Of a stretch of DNA of 64,000 nucleotides, positions 9,837 through 17,401 are shown in pieces (position 1 is the stretch's first letter; every line of letters starts with the position of its first letter). The translations under genes were made by a program, and so were the position numbers. Below the pieces are notes generated by a model that was given only the letters and a program-made list of their open reading frames with translations, did not search any database and was not told the DNA's origin. This DNA comes from an uncultured Gammaproteobacteria bacterium (GTDB lineage Bacteria; Patescibacteriota; Patescibacteriia; SG8-24). The stretch is from NCBI GenBank assembly GCA_964491475.1, contig CAZBFO010000001.1, positions 110,720-174,719 on the forward strand. The letters are read 5' to 3'.

Positions 9837-11696
9837 TTACTTGGTCAGTCCAAGCTCCTTGGCCAACGCCTCGGCATCGGACACCAGGCGTTCCATGCTC
9901 ACCTTGATGCCGTCCTCCCAGAAGGTCTGCGAGGTCGGGTCGAGGCCGAACGGCGCCAGGAGCTCCTTGGCGTCCTTGGTGCCGCCGGCGCGGAGCATCT
10001 CGAGGTACAGCGGCTCGAACTTCTCGCCCAGGCGCGGACGGGCCGCGTACAGCGACTGCGTCAGTAGCTCGCCGAAGGCGTAACCGTAGACGTAGAACGG
10101 GCGGTGGAAGTGGCCGACGTAGGCCCACAGGTGCGAAGTGTCTTCGTAACTGAACACTTCGCCCGGTTTGCCGTAGAGCGGGTAGAGCGACTCCTGCCAG
10201 AGCCGGTCGAGCTCGTCGGCGGAATGCTTGGCCACGGGGCCCCACGAACTGGTCTCGAAGTTCCAGCCGTGGATGCGGCGCTCGAAGTTGGAGAAGCCGA
10301 TCTGGCGCACCACCGTGTTGGTGACGTCGTTCAGCTTGTCCATGATCAGCGCCAGCTTGGCCTTCTTGGCGTTTTCGTCCGGGCTCTTGTCGAGCTCGGA
10401 CATCAGGTAGTTGAAGGTGGTCATCTCGCCGAAGACCGATGCGGTCTCGCACAGCGCGATGGGCGCGTGGGACATCAGCGGTCCTTGGGCCTCGCCGGCC
10501 AGCAGCCCATGGACGCCGTGACCCAGCTCGTGCGCCAAGGTCATGACGTCGCGTCCCGAACCTTGGTAGTTCAGGAAGGTGAACGAGGCGGCGGAAGCGT
10601 CGGGCAGCGAGAACGAGTAGTTGTACGCTCCTCCGCGTCGGCCCTTCATGGCCGGCGCATCGATCCAGCCCTTGCCAGCGCTCTTCTCGACCAGCGAGGC
10701 CAGCGTCGGGCTGAAGCTGCGATAGGCCGAGAGGACGATCTCCATGGCCTTGTTCCACGGCAGCTTGGTGTTGTCCGCGAAAGGCATCGGGGCGTTGCGG
10801 TCGCTCCAGGCCAGCACCTTCCTGCCGAAGATGTCGGCTTTGAGGCGATAGAAGCGCTGGGCGATCGGTCCGGCCTTTTCGGTGACGGCCTGGTGCAGCG
10901 CGTCGACCACGGCGTCGGGCAGCTGGCTGGACTTGTTGCGCGAGTCCATCGGGTGGGCGTACTTGCGGTCCTTGTCCTCGACTTCGCCGGAACCGGTCAC
11001 CATGTACAAGGTCTGTGCCGAGTACTTGGCAAAGGCCCCGCCGAGCCCGTCGTTGGTCACCTTGAGCGCGGCCGCGCGTTCAGCGGAGTCGGTGCTCTCG
11101 CTCAAGACGTGCAGGATTTCCGTCAGCGACAGCTCTTCATCCTTCCAGGCAAAGCGCAGGTCGGCTTCGAACTCGTCGAAGAACTCGGCCCACGAACCCG
11201 AACCGAACGGCGAACGCTTGGTCAGGGCCGACTCGACCACTTCGGTCAGCACGTGCGGCTTGAACAGGCGGACCTGCTTGAGCCAGGGGAGGTGCTTTTT
11301 GACCACCTCGTCCTTGGCGGCATGCGCGGCGATGACCGCGTCATCCAGCTCCACGAGCTCCAAAGTGAAGAACTCCATGTACTCGGCGCTCGCTTGACTG
11401 ACGGCCTTGTCGAGCTTGGCGGACTTGGTCTTGGCGGCCGCGTCGCCGGTGTTGACGCTGGTCAGGAAGAACAGGTAAGCGCCGGTCTTGGCGCTCATCA
11501 GCTGCATCTGGGTGTAGTCGCGGATGGCCTGGCCGAGGGTCTCCTTGAGCTTGCCCTTGTGGGCGGCGTTGAAGGCCTTGGCGCGGGCAATCCAGGCGTC
11601 GGTGTCGGCCTCGATGGTCGGGTCGTCGACGCCCTTGTAGAGCTGCGACAGGTTCCAGCGGACGTTTTCGGCCCCCGTGGCGGGGGCTTTGGACAT
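9837..11696 (-). CDS. pepF: oligoendopeptidase F (M3B family metallopeptidase)
   Basis: 620 aa. HELGHGVH zinc-binding motif and M3-family context (FSNFERRIH... ; GAYNYSF). Start chosen at MSKAPATG. Confidence 0.85.
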   Translation of the reverse strand: MSKAPATGAENVRWNLSQLYKGVDDPTIEADTDAWIARAKAFNAAHKGKLKETLGQAIRDYTQMQLMSAKTGAYLFFLTSVNTGDAAAKTKSAKLDKAVSQASAEYMEFFTLELVELDDAVIAAHAAKDEVVKKHLPWLKQVRLFKPHVLTEVVESALTKRSPFGSGSWAEFFDEFEADLRFAWKDEELSLTEILHVLSESTDSAERAAALKVTNDGLGGAFAKYSAQTLYMVTGSGEVEDKDRKYAHPMDSRNKSSQLPDAVVDALHQAVTEKAGPIAQRFYRLKADIFGRKVLAWSDRNAPMPFADNTKLPWNKAMEIVLSAYRSFSPTLASLVEKSAGKGWIDAPAMKGRRGGAYNYSFSLPDASAASFTFLNYQGSGRDVMTLAHELGHGVHGLLAGEAQGPLMSHAPIALCETASVFGEMTTFNYLMSELDKSPDENAKKAKLALIMDKLNDVTNTVVRQIGFSNFERRIHGWNFETSSWGPVAKHSADELDRLWQESLYPLYGKPGEVFSYEDTSHLWAYVGHFHRPFYVYGYAFGELLTQSLYAARPRLGEKFEPLYLEMLRAGGTKDAKELLAPFGLDPTSQTFWEDGIKVSMERLVSDAEALAKELGLTK

Positions 11697-11852
11697 GGCG
11701 TTTGCTTCCTCGTTTGCGAATCGTAAAGAACGGACGGCAGAGATGGAGTGGTTTTTCATGCAAATCTCAATGCAAAAAGCAATGCTGGCACTATACCCGT
11801 TGGTTCGGGAAGTGTGGAGTGCCGTTTTTGAGAAGCGTAGTAAGTCGCACCG

Positions 11853-11881
11853 TTGACAAAATGCCAAAAAAGCGCTAATTT
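11853..11881 (+). promoter_or_regulatory. promoter TTGACAAAATG-N-TAATTT
   Basis: TTGACA, 17-nt spacer, TAATTT; one of five TTGACAAAA-class promoters in the window. Confidence 0.5.
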
Positions 11882-11910
11882 TTGCGGTCGGGATACTTTT
11901 CCGACGGAGG

Positions 11911-12717
11911 GTGTTGAACGTGTCGAACGATCATGACCCCGCAAGGCTCCTTTCCGAAATCATTCTCGACCCCGACAACATGGACTTGCGGCAAGCGTAT
12001 GCTGCCGCCATCGCCCCATCGGACCCCGAGCGCGCCGAGTATGTCCGGCTTTCGCTCGAAACCATCGAGGCCGCTCAGCTCGCCGATCCCGACATGGGGT
12101 CGCGGCTGAAGCTGAATCAGCTGCGGAAGCTCTTGGGCGAAAACCGCGGACGCTGGATCAAGGCGCTTGCTCCTCATGTCCGGAACGCGGAGTTCTGGAG
12201 GGGCTTCGTCGAAATGGCGACGGTAAGCGCGCAATCGTTTATTGCGAGCGGTGAACGCCTGGTCACGATGGCGCCCATTCAGCATCTCGACGTGCATCCG
12301 TGGGGCGGCGTCGACGCGCGGCGATTCTGCGGCATGCAAGCGCTGGCGCGCATGAAGTCGCTCGTTCTGGCCAGCAACGGCTTGCGAGACGACTTCCTCG
12401 AAGCGTTGGTGCAGAGTCCGTACGTCGCGAACCTGCGCTACATCAGCTTGCGGTCGAACGGGTTCACCAAGAAGGGCGTACGCCTTCTTGCCGAGTCAGC
12501 GAACTTTCCGTCGTTGCGCTGGGTGGACCTCTCCAACACCGACTTTCCCGCGTCCGATACGGTCTTCGTGTTCGAAGACGGCAGCGTGTCGCTGCCCATC
12601 GTCGCGGACGAGGCGAGGGAGATCGAGGCGGAGATTGGTCGTCGTGTGCCGTGGCTGCACTATCCGACGCCACCGACCTGCATCTGGGACATGCATCCGA
12701 ATCCTTTTCGCCTGTAG
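11911..12717 (+). CDS. TIGR02996 (repeat-companion) domain protein with leucine-rich-repeat C-terminus
   Basis: N-terminal LRQAYAAAIAPSDPERAEYVRLSLE resembles the TIGR02996 signature. C-terminus has ribonuclease-inhibitor-like LRRs (LRYISLRSNGFTKKGVRLLAESANFPSLRWVDLSNTDF). Likely true start is GTG at 11920, 9 nt after GGAGG. Confidence 0.5.
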   Translation: MLNVSNDHDPARLLSEIILDPDNMDLRQAYAAAIAPSDPERAEYVRLSLETIEAAQLADPDMGSRLKLNQLRKLLGENRGRWIKALAPHVRNAEFWRGFVEMATVSAQSFIASGERLVTMAPIQHLDVHPWGGVDARRFCGMQALARMKSLVLASNGLRDDFLEALVQSPYVANLRYISLRSNGFTKKGVRLLAESANFPSLRWVDLSNTDFPASDTVFVFEDGSVSLPIVADEAREIEAEIGRRVPWLHYPTPPTCIWDMHPNPFRL

Positions 12718-12741
12718 AATGCAGGCCCGTTGCGGCTTATC

Positions 12742-12787
12742 AGGAACACCTTCAGGAACATCTTCGGGTGTTCCTGTTTTTATTACG
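12742..12787 (+). terminator. rho-independent terminator
   Basis: AGGAACACC...GGTGTTCCT hairpin followed by GTTTTTATT. Confidence 0.6.
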
Positions 12788-12812
12788 AAGGAAAGGGTAT
12801 GCTGACGGACGT

Positions 12813-13151
12813 ATGCGCCTACTCCTGCACATCCTGACCAACACTTTGGCCGTCGTCGTGGCGGCGTATCTGCTGCCCGGCATCGTCATAGACGGGTACC
12901 TTACGGCCCTCGTCGTGGCTGTCGTGCTCGGCGTCGTCAACGCCGTGGTCAAGCCGATTTTGGTGGTGCTGACCTTTCCGGTCACCGTCGTGACCTTGGG
13001 ACTGTTCCTGTTCGTCATCAACGCGCTGATGGTGCTGTTGGTGGCTAAGATCGTCCCCGGATTCGCCGTTCGCGGATTCTGGTGGGCGCTGCTGTTCAGC
13101 CTGGTGGTCTCGGTCGTCACCTCGTTCCTGAACGCCATCGCCGCCGAATAG
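12813..13151 (+). CDS. DUF360 / phage holin family 4 (YvlD-like) small membrane protein
   Basis: 112 aa, 3-4 TM helices. LLPGIVIDGY...LGVVNAVVKPILVVLTFPVTVVTLGLFLFVINALMV...VPGFAVRGFW pattern of Phage_holin_4_2. GAAAGGG RBS. Confidence 0.8.
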   Translation: MRLLLHILTNTLAVVVAAYLLPGIVIDGYLTALVVAVVLGVVNAVVKPILVVLTFPVTVVTLGLFLFVINALMVLLVAKIVPGFAVRGFWWALLFSLVVSVVTSFLNAIAAE

Positions 13152-13153
13152 CT

Positions 13154-13693
13154 ATGGCCGATGGAAAGCGTTGGACGCTCAAGCGCAACGCTCGCAGCCG
13201 GCGCCTATGGGTGCGGGTGCAGCGCGACGGCGCGGTGGTGGTCACCGCACCGGTTTTTGCGCCGCTTTCCGTCATTGATCGGTTTGTCCGCGACAAGTCC
13301 GAATGGATCGCCAAGACCGTGGCGCAGATGAGCCGCTACAAGGACGACGCCTTCCTCCCGCGTGACCGCCGCAGCTACCTGGCAAACAAGGAAAAGGCTA
13401 GGACGGCGGTCCGCGCGCTGCTCGCGCAGTACGCACCGCGGTACGGGTTTGCCTATCGGAACGTGTTCATCAAGAACATGCGTCGCAATTGGGGAAGCTG
13501 TTCGGAGTTGGGCAACCTGAACTTCAACTACAAGCTGGTGTTCCTGCCCGAACGACTGGCGGCGTACGTGGTGGTCCATGAGCTGTGCCACCTGGCCGTG
13601 TTCGATCACTCCAGGGCATTCTGGGAACTGGTGGCGCGCGAGATGCCGGACCACAAGAAGCTGCGACAGGAAATCCGCAAGTACCATGCATGA
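13154..13693 (+). CDS. YgjP-like metal-dependent hydrolase (DUF45/M48-like, HExxH)
   Basis: HELCHLAVFDH zinc motif and RRNWGSCS motif of the YgjP/SprT-like family. Start 3 nt after the holin-like gene stop. Confidence 0.8.
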   Translation: MADGKRWTLKRNARSRRLWVRVQRDGAVVVTAPVFAPLSVIDRFVRDKSEWIAKTVAQMSRYKDDAFLPRDRRSYLANKEKARTAVRALLAQYAPRYGFAYRNVFIKNMRRNWGSCSELGNLNFNYKLVFLPERLAAYVVVHELCHLAVFDHSRAFWELVAREMPDHKKLRQEIRKYHA

Positions 13694-13722
13694 AAAAAGC
13701 CGACCCGCTGGGTCGGCTTCTG
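13691..13722. terminator. convergent terminator (AAAAAA-GCCGACCC-GCTG-GGTCGGC)
   Basis: Perfect 9-bp stem. The U-run is on the minus-strand side, so it serves the lipoprotein paralog P1 and probably also the plus-strand gene. Confidence 0.65.
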
Positions 13723-13725
13723 CGT

Positions 13726-14262
13726 TCAGTCGCGTTTGAGGCTCATGACGATGTAGTCGAAGTCGGCGGAGGCTTCGGCGTCGCGTTCCCTCGGCCAAAT
13801 CCCGAAGACTCGCGTCAACTCTTCCGGGTCACGATGCATGCGCACGAATGAGACCCGGACCGCCTCGTGCCTTCTGCCGCAGTGAAAGGCAGCAAAGACC
13901 CCCGCGGGATGCAGCCGCGCCGTCACCTTCGCGCACCGTTCCCCCTGATTTTTCATCACTTCTCTTTCGAAAAGGGCGACCTCGTAAGGCGTTTTCTCGG
14001 TGCGCTTTACGATCAGATAGGCACGAGCCTCATTCGCCGCATTTTCGAATGCGGCGAACAGGGGAATGTGCGTTTCTGTTTTCCCTTCCTCGGATCGGGG
14101 GTGCCATCCCTCCGGCATTTCCAGAGAAAGCGCTGCTGGCGTTCCCGAAAAGAGGTGCATTCGTGGGGTTTCGGTCGGGATGGAGTCGATGGGACCATGT
14201 TTGGCGCAAGCCGCCGACAAAAGTGCCATTGACATCAGGGCAAAAGACCTGGAAATTCGCAT
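13726..14262 (-). CDS. lipoprotein, paralog family member P1
   Basis: Lipobox LLSAAC; C-terminal about 120-aa domain shared with P2-P5 (PEGW...VRVSFVRMH...GIWPRERDAEASADFDYIV). Confidence 0.65.
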   Translation of the reverse strand: MRISRSFALMSMALLSAACAKHGPIDSIPTETPRMHLFSGTPAALSLEMPEGWHPRSEEGKTETHIPLFAAFENAANEARAYLIVKRTEKTPYEVALFEREVMKNQGERCAKVTARLHPAGVFAAFHCGRRHEAVRVSFVRMHRDPEELTRVFGIWPRERDAEASADFDYIVMSLKRD

Positions 14263-14454
14263 GTGCTGCCTCGTCTTTTCTTCCGTCCGTTTTTGACGTG
14301 TATCGCACACTGTATCATAAAATAGCTCCTCCGGCAAGTCCTCGAGGCCCGATTTTTCCACGTATTTACCATTTCTCGGTCTCGTGCTTTACTGGCTTTT
14401 AAGCGGCCATGTCGGTCGCCACAGACGTTCCGAAAGGAACAGGAGCCCTTTCCA

Positions 14455-15063
14455 ATGCACAAGACAGCTTTGCTACTGGCGTGCGTCGCTTTCGCGGCCA
14501 TCGGATGCGGTTCCCAGCCGCAACAGGCACCCGCACCCGCAACGCCCACCAAGATCGTCGGTACGCCGCAGCCTGCCGCACCGGCACCGCCGGCCGAGGA
14601 GCCGAAGCAGCCCCCGGCCGCCCAACAGCCCGAGGAGCCCGAGGAGCCGGCCGAGCCCGCCAAGCAGATCACCTGCAAGCTGCCCGGCGGTTGGGCCAGC
14701 ATCCCGTCGTCGCGGCTGCCCGAAGGCATCACCGCGGTGTACATCAACCCGGAAAAGCACGGCCAGGTCGTGGTCCGTCCTGCCCCCGAGGGCAAGACGA
14801 CCGCCGCGCAGGCAGAGATCCTCCACCAGCTGATCGCCAAGAACAACCAGGGCATCAAGCTCTCGAAGATCAGCAGCGCTGCGGACGGCAAGTCGTCTTC
14901 GTTCACCATCGATGCCGGCGAAGTGCACGCCAAGCTGGTAGTCCGCAGGCTCGGCGGGCCGGACGACACCTTCGCCTTCCTCGGCAAGTGGGAAGCCAAG
15001 AACGAGAAGGCCCTCGCGCCCGACGTCGACAAGATCATCAACGGAGCGGCGCTGCAAAAGTAG
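14455..15063 (+). CDS. lipoprotein, paralog family member P2
   Basis: Lipobox AAIGCG, Pro/Ala/Glu-rich linker, then conserved domain (LPGGW...AKLVVRRLGG...GKWEAKNEKALAPDVD). AGGAG RBS. Confidence 0.7.
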   Translation: MHKTALLLACVAFAAIGCGSQPQQAPAPATPTKIVGTPQPAAPAPPAEEPKQPPAAQQPEEPEEPAEPAKQITCKLPGGWASIPSSRLPEGITAVYINPEKHGQVVVRPAPEGKTTAAQAEILHQLIAKNNQGIKLSKISSAADGKSSSFTIDAGEVHAKLVVRRLGGPDDTFAFLGKWEAKNEKALAPDVDKIINGAALQK

Positions 15064-15077
15064 CCGGCGCGCCATCG

Positions 15078-15104
15078 CCTCGCGGATTCGCGAGGTTTTT
15101 TCTT
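15078..15104 (+). terminator. terminator for P2
   Basis: CCTCGCG-GATT-CGCGAGG followed by TTTTTTCTTTG. Confidence 0.7.
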
Positions 15105-15133
15105 TGCAAAAAATCCCGACGCGAGGTCGGGAT
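15105..15133 (-). terminator. terminator for P3 (minus strand)
   Basis: ATCCCGAC-GCGAG-GTCGGGAT with U-run on the minus strand; near-identical to the P1 and P5 terminators. Confidence 0.7.
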
Positions 15134-15138
15134 GACGG

Positions 15139-15645
15139 TCATTTCGGATCGATGCTCAAGAAAATGGCAGCGAAGTCCTGGCTGGCCTTCTTGTCGCGTT
15201 CGGCGGCCCATTCGCCCTTGAGGATGAGCGCCGTCCCGTCCGGGTAATGGCGAACGGCCACGCGGCCGTGACGGCGAGGCGTGTCGAAGGGGAACGTGCC
15301 CTCCGAACCGTCGTCGGCCATGATGCCGTTTTGGCAGTGCCAACCTTGGACGGTCAGCATGCGGCAGAACTGCTGCAGCTCGAGTTCGAGCGACTTGACC
15401 GACTTGCCGACCATGATGTCGACGCGGGCGTCGATCGACTCGTTGAGGAGGGTCGAAGGCGATGCCCGTTTCCAGCCCTTGGGCAGCGTCATGGTCAGTT
15501 CACGGTCCAACGGTCGCGGCGGCGGACTGCCGTTGAGCTGCGCGTGCGCGCGTGGCGGTCTGGGACCGGACGCGGGCGGCGAACCGCCGCAGCCGCAGAC
15601 AAGTGCCACGACTCCGACCAGCAGCCATCGTCGCACCGCCGTCAT
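15139..15645 (-). CDS. lipoprotein, paralog family member P3
   Basis: Lipobox ALVCGCG; LPKGW...VQGWHCQNG...GRVAVRHYPDG...GEWAAERDKKASQDFAAIF. Start overlaps the P4 stop (ATGA). Confidence 0.7.
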   Translation of the reverse strand: MTAVRRWLLVGVVALVCGCGGSPPASGPRPPRAHAQLNGSPPPRPLDRELTMTLPKGWKRASPSTLLNESIDARVDIMVGKSVKSLELELQQFCRMLTVQGWHCQNGIMADDGSEGTFPFDTPRRHGRVAVRHYPDGTALILKGEWAAERDKKASQDFAAIFLSIDPK

Positions 15646-16160
15646 CGGTACTCCGCGGAGGCGGCGACGGCATCGACGGCCTTGCGGCCTTGGGCATCGG
15701 CCTCTTGCGGCCATTGGCCCATGACGACCACATGGAACGCGCCTTTTTCGAAATGCCGGACGACGATTTTTCCGCGCACCCCGCCGCGCCGCACCGCGAA
15801 CGCGGCCATGGCGCCGTCCGCGGACGCGGTGACTGCGGAACAGCGCATTCCGCCTTGGCGCAATATGCCGGCCAGAGCCTGGGCTTCGTCCCTGGCGTCC
15901 TCGTCCGCGGGGGACTTGGCGACCATGATCCGGGCGCGCAAGTCCTCGTTCACGCTGGAGATGGGCTGGCAGCCGACGGCCTTGGACATGTCGATGGGCG
16001 GCCATCCCGGAGGCATGGTGACCCGCAGATGCGGCTGTTCTGCCGGTAAGGGCGTAGCCGCTGCTGCTTTGGGCGGTTCCGTCGCGGCCGGAGCCGCGGG
16101 CGGTCTGGCGCATGCCGCAGTCATCAGCAGCGCCAACGCGAGCAAGGCTTGTTTGCACAT
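15642..16160 (-). CDS. lipoprotein, paralog family member P4
   Basis: Lipobox LMTAACA; MPPGW...RQGGMRCSA...GKIVVRHFEKG...GQWPQEADAQGRKAVD. Confidence 0.7.
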   Translation of the reverse strand: MCKQALLALALLMTAACARPPAAPAATEPPKAAAATPLPAEQPHLRVTMPPGWPPIDMSKAVGCQPISSVNEDLRARIMVAKSPADEDARDEAQALAGILRQGGMRCSAVTASADGAMAAFAVRRGGVRGKIVVRHFEKGAFHVVVMGQWPQEADAQGRKAVDAVAASAEYR

Positions 16161-16239
16161 GGGCGAACCCTCCGTTGTCCAATGAAAAGGAGCATGAACG
16201 CCACGATAGCACAGCCGCGGCGCGCGGCAACCTGCGCAA

Positions 16240-16266
16240 GAAAAAACCCGACGGCGAGGTCGGGTT
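16240..16266 (-). terminator. terminator for P5 (minus strand)
   Basis: ACCCGAC-GGCGAG-GTCGGGT plus A-run on the plus strand (U-run on minus). Confidence 0.65.
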
Positions 16267-16272
16267 GAGAGG

Positions 16273-16866
16273 TCACTCGACCTGCGTGGTCTTGACCATC
16301 GTGTCGAAGTCCTTGGCGGCCTGGGCGTCGTCGGCCTTGGCCCAGCGGCCATACAGCTGCACCTGGCAGCGGGCCGGACCGGCGAGGTCGCGGACGGCGA
16401 TCTTGCCCTTGGTCTTCTCGGTGGCGAAGGTGAAGGTCGCACCGGTACCATCGGCCAGCAGCTTGGAGGGCGTGCAGCTCCATCCCTGCCCGCTGCACAT
16501 CACGCCGATGATCCTGCCGACATGCTCGACGGCCGTCATTTTGGCGTTGACCTCGAAGTCCATCAGGACCAGCCCGCTGACCTCGGCATTGATCAGGCCG
16601 AGCTTCCACGGCTTGCGCACCAAGTTCTCCGGCGCTTGCGACCACGCCGGCGGCGTGTCGAAAGTCAGCTTGAACGACTTGGCGCCGGGCGTTTGGGTGT
16701 GCCCCGCGTGATTAGGCGGAAGCTTGGGCTTTTCCTCCGACTGGTGCGCAGGCGGCGGATCCGGCGGTGCGGCCGGGGAATTGGCCGGCTTGGGCGCAGG
16801 TGCGGCCTGACCGCAGGCGACCAGCAGGGCAACTGCGGAAAGCAAAATTGCCTGACGTTTGAACAT
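16273..16866 (-). CDS. lipoprotein, paralog family member P5
   Basis: Lipobox LLVACG; PPAWSQAP...SGQGWSCTPS...GKIAVRDLAG...GRWAKADDAQAAKDFDTMV. GGAGGAAG RBS. Confidence 0.7.
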   Translation of the reverse strand: MFKRQAILLSAVALLVACGQAAPAPKPANSPAAPPDPPPAHQSEEKPKLPPNHAGHTQTPGAKSFKLTFDTPPAWSQAPENLVRKPWKLGLINAEVSGLVLMDFEVNAKMTAVEHVGRIIGVMCSGQGWSCTPSKLLADGTGATFTFATEKTKGKIAVRDLAGPARCQVQLYGRWAKADDAQAAKDFDTMVKTTQVE

Positions 16867-17036
16867 CGTCTTCCTCCGATTGGGCAATAAGCCCAAGTGC
16901 AATCAAAGAACCACTGTTAGCCATACTCACCGATACCGTTTTGACTGTCAAATAAGCCAAAAAAGAAGCTGGGGACCGTGCCGGCAACCCAGTCAAAAAA
17001 ATGGCTTATTTTAGCCATAAAAGCGACCAAAAATCC

Positions 17037-17065
17037 TTGACAAAATGATCAAAATATGCTATAGT
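17037..17065 (+). promoter_or_regulatory. consensus promoter TTGACAAAATG-N-aTGcTATAGT
   Basis: TTGACA, 17-nt spacer, extended -10 TGnTATAGT, about 30 nt before the small lipoprotein gene. Confidence 0.6.
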
Positions 17066-17094
17066 ACAGGCACGATCAACAAGGAGATTGTCAA

Positions 17095-17334
17095 ATGAAT
17101 ACCACCAAGTTCGTTCTCGGTATCGCTCTCGCCCTTTCCACCCTCGTCGGTTGCTCCGGTCCTCTGGTCACCTTCTCCTACAAGGTGGTCGACCCGCCCG
17201 CTGAAAAGCGGTACCTCACGACGCACTGCGTCTCGAGCAGCAACTGCACCACCATCTACACCGATCCTGCAAAGGAAGAAAAAGAGCTCGAAGAGTACAA
17301 AAAGAACCACCCCCGCCCCAACCCCAACAAGTAA
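17095..17334 (+). CDS. small lipoprotein (79 aa)
   Basis: AAGGAG RBS; lipobox LVGCSG; C-terminal EEKELEEYKK and Pro-rich tail. Confidence 0.5.
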   Translation: MNTTKFVLGIALALSTLVGCSGPLVTFSYKVVDPPAEKRYLTTHCVSSSNCTTIYTDPAKEEKELEEYKKNHPRPNPNK

Positions 17335-17351
17335 GCCGACTCCCACACTTA

Positions 17352-17381
17352 AACCGCCCTGCTTTGGCAGAGCGGTTTTTG
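17352..17381 (+). terminator. rho-independent terminator
   Basis: ACCGCCCTGC-TTTG-GCAGAGCGGT followed by TTTTT, between convergent genes. Confidence 0.6.
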
Positions 17382-17401
17382 AATCGGGCGAGGCGACGGG
17401 G

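Noticed and set aside
12300-12812. 5' half of ORF 12300-13151, which would fuse an Arg-rich peptide to the DUF360 protein.
   Set aside because: It overlaps the C-terminus of the TIGR02996 gene in another frame and the terminator hairpin. The DUF360 domain begins at the internal ATG 12813, which has a strong RBS.
14473-15075. ORF 14473-15075(-) and 14409-15221(+), which overlap lipoprotein P2.
   Set aside because: They lie in alternative frames of the Pro/Ala-rich region. The P2 frame has the lipobox, the RBS and the conserved paralog domain.
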